Shown: piece by piece, positions 50,049-59,701 of the stretch
Layout of the letters: the number at the start of each line of letters is the position of its first letter
Numbering within the stretch: the stretch's first letter is position 1
Assembly (NCBI GenBank): GCA_048939995.1
Contig: JBHLOY010000001.1
Location: forward strand, 462,449 to 526,448
Direction of reading: 5' to 3'
Length of the DNA stretch: 64,000 nucleotides
Origin: Promethearchaeota archaeon
GTDB lineage: Archaea; Asgardarchaeota; Lokiarchaeia; Sigyniarchaeales; SOKP01
Made by a program: the position numbers and the translations under genes
The notes under the pieces: generated by a model
Database searches by the model: none
Told to the model about the DNA's origin: nothing
The model's input: only the letters and a program-made list of their open reading frames with translations

Positions 50049-51470
50049 ATGCTTTAGGTATTCAATATAATTCAAGAATGAATTGATACTCATTGCAGCA
50101 TCTCTCAGAGTAAAAAAGTAGAGAAGTCGTTCTTTATGTAAAGTCTTTCTGACAGAAGAAAACCTTTGTGAAACTTCTAAAGAATCTGCTATACTTGGCA
50201 AACATATAGCAAAAGGTTTTTTTGTTTGACTTTGAATTTTTATCATCCGTTTAAATACATAATTATAAATGAAATGAGGCCATAGGGGCATAATTAAAAT
50301 ATCAATATTAGGATCTTCTTTCACAATTTCAATACATTCTAAAAAAATATCGACCACGAAACCAGAAGCACCCAAATCTACCGGATTTTTGATATTTACA
50401 TTTTCATATGGAAGAATCTCGTCAAGTAAGTTCTGGGATTCCTTAGTTAATTCAGGTATTTTCAAATTATGAGATGAAAATAAATCAGTTGAATTTACTG
50501 AATAACCTCCACCAGGTGTAATGATTCCTATATTCCTCCCTTTTGGAATATAGTTGGGAAACCATAATTCAAATATTTTTATTGTATTCCAGAATTGTTC
50601 ATTATCTCTAACTAAAATAGCCCCAGTCTGCTTAGAAAGTGCGTTCCATAGCTTCATGTCGCTTGCAATCGCACCTGTGTGAGAAAATGCTGCACGAGAA
50701 CCGTCTTTGGTATAGCCACCCTTCCAAATAATTACAGGTTTTTCTTCTGTAGTTTTTTTAAGCTCATGGAAAAATTTATGACCATCACCGGAACCAAAAG
50801 ATTCTAAATAAGCAGCAATAACCTTAGTCTTGTCATCATTGCGATAATGTCTCATAAAATCAACACAATTTAAATCAATTTGATTACCAAATGATATTCC
50901 ATATCTAAGTCTTATGTCTCGTTTAGAGCTTACTTCTATTAATTGGCTTAAATGACCTCCCGACTGAGACATGAAAGAAATAGATCCAGGAATTACTAAG
51001 GGGGAACTAAACGAAAATGCCATTCCTGTTTCCGCATTGTAAGGGCCTAAACAATTGGGGCCAATAATCCTAGTTCTAGATCCTTTAATAATATTTCTTA
51101 GGTTGTATTCTAATTCTAAACCTTCTTTATTGCCTGTTTCTGAAAATCCAGAAGAAAAGATGATTACCCAGGGGATTTCTTTCTCAACACACTCTTTTAA
51201 AACATAAGGGATAATTTCTGTTTTTACAGAGATATATACAGTGTCTATAGGAACTGGTACATCTAGAATAGATTTATAGGATTTCCAATCAAGCACTTTA
51301 TCATGTTTAGGATTTACAGGATAAAAACTTGAAACCCACCTTGAGCTTTTAAATGAATTTAAATACAACATGGATCCAAATTTAGATTGCTCAGATGCTC
51401 CAATAAATGCTATTGTTTTTGGATAAAATAAAGAATCAAACTTTTCAAAAGCGTATTCTCTAGAAACCAT
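50022..51470 (-). CDS. NDP-forming acyl-CoA synthetase alpha-type subunit
   Basis: IAFIGAS, YPVNP, SSGFSE, IIGPNCLG, SQSGG, AAFSHTGA and NPVDL motifs. Confidence 0.9.
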   Translation of the reverse strand: MVSREYAFEKFDSLFYPKTIAFIGASEQSKFGSMLYLNSFKSSRWVSSFYPVNPKHDKVLDWKSYKSILDVPVPIDTVYISVKTEIIPYVLKECVEKEIPWVIIFSSGFSETGNKEGLELEYNLRNIIKGSRTRIIGPNCLGPYNAETGMAFSFSSPLVIPGSISFMSQSGGHLSQLIEVSSKRDIRLRYGISFGNQIDLNCVDFMRHYRNDDKTKVIAAYLESFGSGDGHKFFHELKKTTEEKPVIIWKGGYTKDGSRAAFSHTGAIASDMKLWNALSKQTGAILVRDNEQFWNTIKIFELWFPNYIPKGRNIGIITPGGGYSVNSTDLFSSHNLKIPELTKESQNLLDEILPYENVNIKNPVDLGASGFVVDIFLECIEIVKEDPNIDILIMPLWPHFIYNYVFKRMIKIQSQTKKPFAICLPSIADSLEVSQRFSSVRKTLHKERLLYFFTLRDAAMSINSFLNYIEYLKHSKFIYKFL

Positions 51471-51656
51471 TTATGTAGAAAAAAATTTGAATAGTTAAAT
51501 TCTTTTTGTAGTTTTGTATAAACAGTACTTCACTAATCTGACTTTTCATTATTAAGATTTTACCTATTTATGTAAAAAACCAAATTTTTAATGTTAAATA
51601 CAATTAGAGTACTCATAATCATTCATAAAACAATTATTAAAGATAGTGAATAAAGA

Positions 51657-53114
51657 ATGGCAAGACCAAGTCCTTTAGACGTTTATGCCCTTCTCGATAA
51701 ATCAAATTGTAAGGATTGCGGATACGACACTTGTATGGCATTTGCTACTGATTTACTTGAGAGAAAGATAAAAGTACAAGATTGTACTCATCTAATGCAA
51801 GATCCTAAACAAGCTAAAAATCGTGAAAAATTAATAAAATTAGTGACACCTCCCCAGAAATCAGTATCAATAGGTGTTGGGAAACGTGAATGCGTAATTG
51901 GGGGAGAAGAGGTATTAATGCGCCACCAACTTACATATTATAACCCTACTGCTCTTTTTATAGAAATAGCTGATGACAATCCTGATTTAAGTGAAATTGT
52001 CAAATACTTAACAGATTTAAAAATCGAAAGAATTGGTGATGTCTTAACTCTTGATGGAATTGCGTTAAGATGTGTATCTGGAGATGTAGATCAATTCAAA
52101 TTAGCTACTAGGAAGGTGGCAGAAGAATCAAACCTACCTATTATGTTATGTTCTTTGAATGCTGACCTATTATTAGCAGCGGCAGGAGAAATAAAGAGTA
52201 AAAAGCCGTTGTTATATGCTGCAACAAAAGATTCATGGGAAAAAGTTGGAACTTTCGCTGTCCAGAATAATTTACCTGTCGTGGCTGTTTCAAGTGATTT
52301 GGATGAATTAATGTCATTAAGTGCAACCTTACAAAAATTAGGTGTTAGAGAATTAGTTCTTGATCCAGGAACTTTTTATGGTCCTGGAAACTCAGCATAT
52401 ACTTATGATAATATAATGCAACTTAGAAAGGCAGCAATTGATAATGAAGATAACAATGCTGGTTGGCCAATAATGGGAGTACCTGCTGTATATTGGAGTC
52501 AAATTAAAATTAAGGATGATAAAGATCTTTGGCTCCATCAGTATCAAGAAGTGATCATGGCAGCGATAATGCAATCAATCGATACCTCATTAATTGTAAT
52601 ACATTCAGGACAAAAAAAGGAGGATATATGGGCCCTTCTAGCCCTGATGACTCTAAGACAATCTGTTTTCAGTGACCCTCGTGTATACCCAGCAGTAGAT
52701 CCAGGGTTATATAAAGTTGGAGAACCTGGGGATATGTCTCCTATATTTGTCACCAGTAATTATAGGATGACAAAAATTCCTGTTGAACAAGATTTACAGG
52801 GTGCTAATCTGAATTGTTGGCTATTAGTAGCTGATACAGAAGGTATTGGAATTGAAAGTGCTGTGGCTGGTGGTCAATTTAACGCCAGCGGTATAGCAGA
52901 AGCCGTTAAAGAATTTAAAGCTTTTGAAAAAGTAAAACATAGAATTCTGGTTATTCCTGGTATGGCGGCCAGATTAAGTGGAGCTTTAGAAGATGAAGCA
53001 AACGCTTTTGTTGTTGTTGGTCCAAGAGATTCGAGTGGTATACCAAAATTCATGGAAACACAATGGAAACCAGAAGAATTTATGAAAGAATTTGAATCTT
53101 GGTCAAAGGAATAA
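51657..53114 (+). CDS. cdhE: ACDS/CFeSP gamma subunit (AcsC/CdhE)
   Basis: NCKDCGYDTCMAFA Fe-S motif, GGEEVLMRH, P.FVT.N, DTEG and GPRDSSGIPKF motifs. Confidence 0.92.
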   Translation: MARPSPLDVYALLDKSNCKDCGYDTCMAFATDLLERKIKVQDCTHLMQDPKQAKNREKLIKLVTPPQKSVSIGVGKRECVIGGEEVLMRHQLTYYNPTALFIEIADDNPDLSEIVKYLTDLKIERIGDVLTLDGIALRCVSGDVDQFKLATRKVAEESNLPIMLCSLNADLLLAAAGEIKSKKPLLYAATKDSWEKVGTFAVQNNLPVVAVSSDLDELMSLSATLQKLGVRELVLDPGTFYGPGNSAYTYDNIMQLRKAAIDNEDNNAGWPIMGVPAVYWSQIKIKDDKDLWLHQYQEVIMAAIMQSIDTSLIVIHSGQKKEDIWALLALMTLRQSVFSDPRVYPAVDPGLYKVGEPGDMSPIFVTSNYRMTKIPVEQDLQGANLNCWLLVADTEGIGIESAVAGGQFNASGIAEAVKEFKAFEKVKHRILVIPGMAARLSGALEDEANAFVVVGPRDSSGIPKFMETQWKPEEFMKEFESWSKE

Positions 53115-53142
53115 ACTTTTTTTACTTTTTTTAAATTTTTAT

Positions 53143-53805
53143 TTATTCAAGTAGACTATATATATTAGCTAGTTTTATGTCGCTGACACTATTTAAGGCT
53201 AAGAAAGGTCCTATTTTTAACTTTTTTAATTCATTTGCTTCATGATATCCAGTTAAAACGCCAATAAAAGGACAATTTAAGTTATTGGAAAGTAAAACAT
53301 CTTTTGGATGGTCACCAATGACTATAATCTTATGATGAGGATATTTTTCTAATAAAATTTCTTTTAATTTTGGATCCAATTTTCCTAGAACTTTTCTGCC
53401 TTCAGTTTCTCCTAAAATAAAATCAAAATATTTATGTATTTTTAAAAAGTCTACTATTCGTTCTGCCATTTCCTGTTTCTTAGAAGTAATTATACCTAGA
53501 GTCAAATCATAACTTTTAAAGATTTTCAACTTATTTTTTACCCCCAGAATGAGTGCTGATTGATAGATTCCTTTGGATCCATAATACTCGCGAAAGGCTG
53601 CTGAAAGTGAATCCGGATTTAAATTAGAGACACTAGCGAACATTTCATTAAGTGGAGTCCCAATCATCCTTTCAATCTTTATTCTCTCTAAGGGGGTTTG
53701 TCCATATCTCTTTAAGGCATAATTAAATGAATTTACAATACCTTCCCTATTATTAATTAAGGTATTGTCTAAATCAAAACTCAATAAAATACTCTTTTTG
53801 TCCAT
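53143..53805 (-). CDS. HAD family phosphatase
   Basis: FDLDNTL, ITSK, IGD...D and GVLTG motifs. Confidence 0.9.
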   Translation of the reverse strand: MDKKSILLSFDLDNTLINNREGIVNSFNYALKRYGQTPLERIKIERMIGTPLNEMFASVSNLNPDSLSAAFREYYGSKGIYQSALILGVKNKLKIFKSYDLTLGIITSKKQEMAERIVDFLKIHKYFDFILGETEGRKVLGKLDPKLKEILLEKYPHHKIIVIGDHPKDVLLSNNLNCPFIGVLTGYHEANELKKLKIGPFLALNSVSDIKLANIYSLLE

Positions 53806-53865
53806 TTGCTCTTATAATATATTGATTGATTAAATAAAAAAAAATAATAAGTTCTTAATTATAAT

Positions 53866-55041
53866 TCATGTCATGTAAATGGTTAATAAAGGATCTCCTA
53901 GAATTGTCATGCCATAGTATAATAATTCTTTATTATAATTGACAATTTCAGGATTATGGAACCATATTCGAAAGGCTTCTCCTATTGGCTTTCCTTCTTT
54001 AAGAGCATCATAAAATGGTTGATATAAATCCATCCCACCATCTCTCGCGCTTCCGATTACAGTTAGAGTATTATTACTAGTAAATAAGTAATAAGTACCT
54101 GTATTATCAGCTTGAGTGTAATTGCATGAGAAACACGCATATAGGTTGTAAAATAATGGTAATGTATTATTACCATAAATATTTTTGTAAGTGGTAACTC
54201 CTTCTGAACCTAATGCGTAAGGTGGTCCAAACATGTGTTGGGTAGGCCACGAATGAACAAGGATGTGTACAAATTCATAGTTAACCATTGTAATGTTATT
54301 CATGTAATTGGTTGAAGTTGTTGTTGGATTATTCCAATAGCAATTTACTTCAGTTCCAGTATAAGCAGTAAAATTACTAAGCCATTCATCTTTATAACTA
54401 GACCAATCATCGTCAATATATAATAATGACTTATGAGGTCTATATGTCAATCCATGTCTTAATTTATAATCACGATCAAAAAACTTTTTATATGCATCCG
54501 AATAGTTAAAGCCTGGTATTACTATAGATGTAGGATTTATGCGAGCTAACCAAATTTCTGGAGTCCAATCTCCTGACCCACTCATGTGTTCGTTATTGTC
54601 TATATCATAAATTCCATTTGTTATGACTCCATCATTCCAGAGTCCATCCAGATCCATTAAAAATAAATCACATGGGTAATTCCAATATTTCCCCCAATTA
54701 CTATCCCAGTGTCTAGCCATAGCATATGGGATTTCTCCAATTAAAATAACTCCAATTAATCCTAATTGATAAGCATTAGATATGTTGGCTTTTAACAATG
54801 TGACATTTGTAGAAGACCATTTAATTATTTCTGCAGAATAGCCCTGATCTATAATATCTTGTTTATATTGCGCTAGTTCATTATAAAGAGTATCATAAAT
54901 CTTTGAATCAACATAGATGTTAACAAGACCTCGATTTTGTTGTGTGGTTGGCTTGAAGTAAGGTAAAATTATTGCTAGGCTTATCGCGGTACTGGCTAAG
55001 ATTATAAAAATAAGAATGATAGCTTTTACATTTTTTCTCAT
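53866..55041 (-). CDS. Exported peptidase C25 (gingipain-like) protein
   Basis: N-terminal TM/signal, ILIGEIP, DL..MDLDG.W, PEIWLAR, H and C dyad candidates, LGDP.L. Confidence 0.65.
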   Translation of the reverse strand: MRKNVKAIILIFIILASTAISLAIILPYFKPTTQQNRGLVNIYVDSKIYDTLYNELAQYKQDIIDQGYSAEIIKWSSTNVTLLKANISNAYQLGLIGVILIGEIPYAMARHWDSNWGKYWNYPCDLFLMDLDGLWNDGVITNGIYDIDNNEHMSGSGDWTPEIWLARINPTSIVIPGFNYSDAYKKFFDRDYKLRHGLTYRPHKSLLYIDDDWSSYKDEWLSNFTAYTGTEVNCYWNNPTTTSTNYMNNITMVNYEFVHILVHSWPTQHMFGPPYALGSEGVTTYKNIYGNNTLPLFYNLYACFSCNYTQADNTGTYYLFTSNNTLTVIGSARDGGMDLYQPFYDALKEGKPIGEAFRIWFHNPEIVNYNKELLYYGMTILGDPLLTIYMT

Positions 55042-55149
55042 CGTTCAAACCCTTAAATGATATTTTAAATTCTTATTTATAATTACATAGAGTTTGAGGT
55101 ATTTATTTATATTGATATTTACTAAGGATGAGTTAGGATAAAAGATATC

Positions 55150-56811
55150 TTAGGTAGCAATTTTAAAACCTTTAAAAAGTCTTAAAAGGTAGTTTATTTC
55201 CTCACTTCCTTGAATGATTCTTTGTATTCCATAAGGGAACTCTTGGAATTCAACATTTCTCCCTTCAATGACCCAATTGATGATTAATTCAACCATTTCT
55301 TTATACTTTTTTACTGTATATCCTTCAGATTCGATTTCTGATAAGATTTTCTTAGCTTTCTCTATTTTACCATTTAAAACTGAAGAGATAGCTGCTAAAA
55401 CATAGGATTGAACAATATGAGAATAACCAATTTTTTTTAGATGGGCAGCTCTGTAATAATATTTATAGAGATTATTGATCATTTCATTGAGTAAAAAATC
55501 TTTTGCCGTATCGAGTTGTTGATAAAACTTAATACTTTCTAAAATAAGAGTTGCTGCTGTGTAAAATTCTTTATTTTTTAATCCTTCTTTCGCTATTATG
55601 TTTAACCCTCTTACTATCTGATTGAATATACCAAATTTATTAAATTCCAATCCACCTTCTATTGCAATATCATAGGCACATAAATAACTTTCAGTCGAAT
55701 CGTTTACATTGTTAGCTTTCCAATAATTATCACCTGCTTTAACATAGTGTTTATATGTCATCTCTAGATTGTTTAATTCTTTAAATATAACTGCTGCATT
55801 GAAAAAATTAGTAGCAGCATCATCAAATTCTTCAATTCTTTCTAAATAGTTTCCAGATAATACAAAACATGATGCAGATTCAAGTAAATTATTATTAATT
55901 TCCTGATAACATAAGGCAGCTCCACGGTAATACCGTGCAATTTTTTGAAAATTTTCCTGAGTTTTCTCTAAGCTTTCTGCGAGATTAATATAAGCACCAG
56001 CTTCTTTTTTAGCATAGTTAATGTATTGATTATCATCTTCTCTAAATTCATGTAAATTCTTTAAAATTTGAGAAATCTGAGCTATAATTAGATTATCATT
56101 CTCTTTTCTTTCTTCGACTTCTTCAAATATATAATTGAAATATTCGATCGCCTCTGAGATAACATCTTTGGATTTATCAATTTCATCTAATTCTTTGTAA
56201 CATGATGAGATTTGTTGATAAGAATATGATGATAAATCAAAATATTGGTAAGCTTTTGAAAGATCTATAGTAAACTGATAATATTTAAGTGCTCTTTTAA
56301 CATCTTTAATTTTATAAAATAATTCGGCAATATTTTGATAATTCTGTGCTAATTTTCTTGTTTCTTCAAATTCTTTTAAAAGTTTACTTTCCTGTTTTAG
56401 AAAGTTTACACTATTGAGAATATTCTTCCTTTCTAGTTTTGGATCTTGAAGTTTTTCATAATAAATTTCAGCTATTCTTAGATAAATTTCAGCTATTTCA
56501 TGTAACTTTGCTTGAGATTTATATAATGCTATTTGATTCTCCCATAATTTTATTGAATATTTATACAATTTAATCGAATGATTAGCGTTAAAATCCTCTA
56601 ATAATTCCGCAGCAGTATATAAAAATTCACCTGCTTCAAAATAGTCGCCAGAATCAACAATTTTATCTGCATATTCTATTGAATCTTCAATTAAGCATTG
56701 AATTGTTTTGTCTCGTTCATCTCGACTTTTGAAAGATTGTAATTTTGCTATACGCTCTCTTAATTTTTCTATGTAGTCTCCATAATCAATATAGTTATCT
56801 TCTTGAAAGAT
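55150..56811 (-). CDS. TPR / alpha-SNAP-like helical repeat protein, N-terminus extends about 81 codons beyond ORF track
   Basis: Repeats such as DAATNFFNAAVIFKEL, YVKAGDNY and EAGEFLYTAAELL; frame open to TGA at 56818-56820 with no ATG/GTG/TTG. Confidence 0.7.
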   Translation of the reverse strand: MFQEDNYIDYGDYIEKLRERIAKLQSFKSRDERDKTIQCLIEDSIEYADKIVDSGDYFEAGEFLYTAAELLEDFNANHSIKLYKYSIKLWENQIALYKSQAKLHEIAEIYLRIAEIYYEKLQDPKLERKNILNSVNFLKQESKLLKEFEETRKLAQNYQNIAELFYKIKDVKRALKYYQFTIDLSKAYQYFDLSSYSYQQISSCYKELDEIDKSKDVISEAIEYFNYIFEEVEERKENDNLIIAQISQILKNLHEFREDDNQYINYAKKEAGAYINLAESLEKTQENFQKIARYYRGAALCYQEINNNLLESASCFVLSGNYLERIEEFDDAATNFFNAAVIFKELNNLEMTYKHYVKAGDNYWKANNVNDSTESYLCAYDIAIEGGLEFNKFGIFNQIVRGLNIIAKEGLKNKEFYTAATLILESIKFYQQLDTAKDFLLNEMINNLYKYYYRAAHLKKIGYSHIVQSYVLAAISSVLNGKIEKAKKILSEIESEGYTVKKYKEMVELIINWVIEGRNVEFQEFPYGIQRIIQGSEEINYLLRLFKGFKIAT

Positions 56812-57070
56812 CTGTAATCAACCCGTTATTTTATGCCAAATTCTAGGTATAAGAATTAATAAACACATAAAAAATAGATGGTTTTCTAGAAAAGTTTTAA
56901 AATACCTTCTTGAAATCAGATTGCTTATTAATCCTTAAATTTTAATAAAGTATATTTTACATTTATGAAAATAAACACTTTTTAAATTATGGAAATAGCT
57001 TTAAATATTAAAATAGTCTTATTTATATTAATCAAAACCATAAATTTGATTAAATTAAAATTTAAGGTGT

Positions 57071-57286
57071 ATTGAAATAAAACAATTATCAGAACTCCTA
57101 GAAACCGGCATTTATGAAACTTTTAAGCCAGAAAAAAGGATTACAGTAAAAGAGCTTCTCAAAGAGTTAAATTTGGAAGGAAAATATTTCGGAATTTTAG
57201 TGAATTCCAAGAAGGCAACCGAGGATACGGTTATAAACGAGACTGATGAGGTTATAATACTTCCGCACATCGCTGGTGGGAGTTAA
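57071..57286 (+). CDS. MoaD/ThiS/SAMP ubiquitin-like protein (missing from ORF track)
   Basis: IEIKQLSELLETGIYETFKPEKRITVKELLKELNLEGKYFGILVNSKKATEDTVINETDEVIILPHIAGGS*. Confidence 0.85.
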   Translation: MEIKQLSELLETGIYETFKPEKRITVKELLKELNLEGKYFGILVNSKKATEDTVINETDEVIILPHIAGGS

Positions 57287-57346
57287 ATTTGCGATCTTTT
57301 TTGTATCTAATTTTTTCTTTTTAAACATAAGCAGATCCTGAACTGA

Positions 57347-58327
57347 CTATTTAAGATTAATCCGTAAAAGATCTTTTGCTAGAATAGTATTAGGAAAAAT
57401 ATCTTGTGCATCTTTTAATAGTTTTGCGGCATCTTCTTGATATCTAGACGAGATATGGGTTAAAATTAGTTGCTTTGCATTCATTTTTTGTGCCATATTC
57501 GCAGCATCAATAGAGGTTGAGTGCTTTTTTTCCTTCGCAATATGATCTAAATCTTTTGAAAAAGTAGCTTCATGAATTAAGATATCTGAGTTTTGTCCTA
57601 TATCTATTAAAGCATCACACGGAGCTGTATCTCCTGAATAGGTAATTTTCCTACCTGGTCTTTTAGGAGCGACAATCTTTTCCGTAAACGGGTTAATTGC
57701 TCTTCCTTTAAAATTTATTGTTTCACCCTCTTGTAATTTCTTCCAGAGGTGGCTTGCTGGTATTCCAAGTTCCTCTGCTCTTTCTGGATTAAATTTTCCG
57801 CTCCGAGGTTTTTCTATAAAGGAATAGGCAAATGTTGGTACTGAATGCTCTACTAAAGTATATTTTATTATATATTTTTTATTTTCAAAAATTACATTAT
57901 TTTTAATATCTATTTCATTATTGGTAGTTTCTGAATCTAACCCGTTGAATTCTAATAATTTATCTTGCGTATGATCAATTTCCACTGTTTTAATGGGATA
58001 TTCTGCTTTCAGTCCTAAAATCTTACGATGTAAATATAAATACAAATAAAGGTTTCTAGGTCCAAAAATGATAACTGGAGCAGTTCGTTCAATTAGACCA
58101 AACCGAAATAGAAGTCCTGGAAGCCCTATTATGTGATCTCCATGAAAGTGGGAAATTAAAATCTTCAAGGGTTTATTAAATTTAAGATGCGCTTCATTTA
58201 ATCTTCGTTGAAGATCTTCACCACAATCAAATAAAATCAATTCCTTTTCATATTTAAGGGCAATTGAAGGTAAATTTCTCTCTCTGATTGGTATAGCCGC
58301 AGCTGAACCTAAAATAATAAGTTCCAT
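57347..58327 (-). CDS. rnz: Ribonuclease Z
   Basis: LFDCGE, SHFHGDH, YSGDT, HEAT, HST and THISSRY motifs. Confidence 0.96.
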   Translation of the reverse strand: MELIILGSAAAIPIRERNLPSIALKYEKELILFDCGEDLQRRLNEAHLKFNKPLKILISHFHGDHIIGLPGLLFRFGLIERTAPVIIFGPRNLYLYLYLHRKILGLKAEYPIKTVEIDHTQDKLLEFNGLDSETTNNEIDIKNNVIFENKKYIIKYTLVEHSVPTFAYSFIEKPRSGKFNPERAEELGIPASHLWKKLQEGETINFKGRAINPFTEKIVAPKRPGRKITYSGDTAPCDALIDIGQNSDILIHEATFSKDLDHIAKEKKHSTSIDAANMAQKMNAKQLILTHISSRYQEDAAKLLKDAQDIFPNTILAKDLLRINLK

Positions 58328-58328
58328 A

Positions 58329-59627
58329 TTATATACTTTTTCTTAGTTGGTCAATTTCTAACCTAAGTTCCTTGTTTTGTTTTGTTAAATCTTCAATAAT
58401 GGTTCTCAATTCTTCAATTCTCAGTAAAAGTTGAGGATTTTCTGCTTGGGGTGTTTGAGATTGATTTTGAGTTGCAACACTTAGGCGATTTAGATCATTC
58501 ATTAAGGTTGAAATTTTCTTATCTTTCAATCTTAATTGATTTTTTAGTTCTTCATGACTTGTTTTTATTAAGATTGCTTCATTTTTGATCGTTGCTATTT
58601 CTTGATCTTTTATAGCTAATGCTTTCTTTGTTTCATCTAGTTGTTGTTGCAAAAAACTAGCCATTTCTCTTTGTATTTTCAACTTGTCATCAATATCAAT
58701 TTGAGAAGTTTTCTGATTGCTTTGTGTATTCAATTGATTTTGAAGGATTGAAATCTGGATCTTTGATTTATTTAATTTATCTTTTAATTCTTCTACCACC
58801 TGTTTAAGAGTTGATGGTACTGATGTGTTATCAGTTATTGAGCCTTCTGCCCGTAAGGAAGAAGCCTTGTCATTTAATTGGGCAGTCAACTGAGCAATAG
58901 TGCTTTCATATTCTTCAACTTTTTTATCAAATTTGTCCTTATTCTTATAACTATCTATTTTTTTTCTTAAATCTTCATTTTGTCTTTTATATTTATTCAG
59001 ATTGTTTTGAAGTTCTTTAATGAGTTCTTTAGTTAAGTTATTTTTCGATTCCGGGAGATTTTCTTGAATTTTTATATTTGTATCTATTTTTGTCTTGCTT
59101 TTAAAGTTTTCTCTCAATTCCAATAATTCCAACTTTAAAGATTCTATTAATTCCTCTTTTTCTTGCAATTCTTCACTTATATCGTAATTATCTCCCTTTT
59201 GATTTTTTATTTTTCTAATAATAGAATCTTGCTTGTTTATTTTATTTTGGAGTTCTTTTACTAGCATATTAAGTGGGGCTTTTTCTCTTAGTTCTTCGAC
59301 TCGAATGATGGAAGAAGATTTTTCTAGGGTTTTAATATTTTCAAGTTTCTTTTGAGCATCAAGTTTATCTTTTCTTAAAAAGCCCATTTTATTTTTTAGC
59401 TCCCTAATTTCACGATCCTTGATATCTAATTCAACTTGTAATTTTGATTCTTTAATTTTTTTATTCTTGTTTTTAGAGGGTCTCTCAGACATAAGTTCAT
59501 TTAACTTCATTATCTCTTCTTCGAGATATTCTATTTTATCAATATATTTTTCGTTTTCTTTATCTTTTATATCAACTTGTTTCTTAAGATCATCAATAAA
59601 TTTAAGCAAATCTTCTTCTTTGGTCAT
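58329..59627 (-). CDS. Long coiled-coil protein
   Basis: K/E/L/Q-rich heptads throughout 432 aa. Confidence 0.75.
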   Translation of the reverse strand: MTKEEDLLKFIDDLKKQVDIKDKENEKYIDKIEYLEEEIMKLNELMSERPSKNKNKKIKESKLQVELDIKDREIRELKNKMGFLRKDKLDAQKKLENIKTLEKSSSIIRVEELREKAPLNMLVKELQNKINKQDSIIRKIKNQKGDNYDISEELQEKEELIESLKLELLELRENFKSKTKIDTNIKIQENLPESKNNLTKELIKELQNNLNKYKRQNEDLRKKIDSYKNKDKFDKKVEEYESTIAQLTAQLNDKASSLRAEGSITDNTSVPSTLKQVVEELKDKLNKSKIQISILQNQLNTQSNQKTSQIDIDDKLKIQREMASFLQQQLDETKKALAIKDQEIATIKNEAILIKTSHEELKNQLRLKDKKISTLMNDLNRLSVATQNQSQTPQAENPQLLLRIEELRTIIEDLTKQNKELRLEIDQLRKSI

Positions 59628-59701
59628 AGCTATTCAAACTGTATAATTTAGAATTATTCCTATATATATCATCTTACAATATATATTTTAATTTTTTTCA
59701 T

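Noticed and set aside
4320-59646. Many short ORF-track entries overlapping real genes (e.g. 4320-4637, 6302-6796, 35287-35748, 59419-59646)
   Set aside because: Antisense or alternate-frame shadows of well-supported genes with no motifs of their own.
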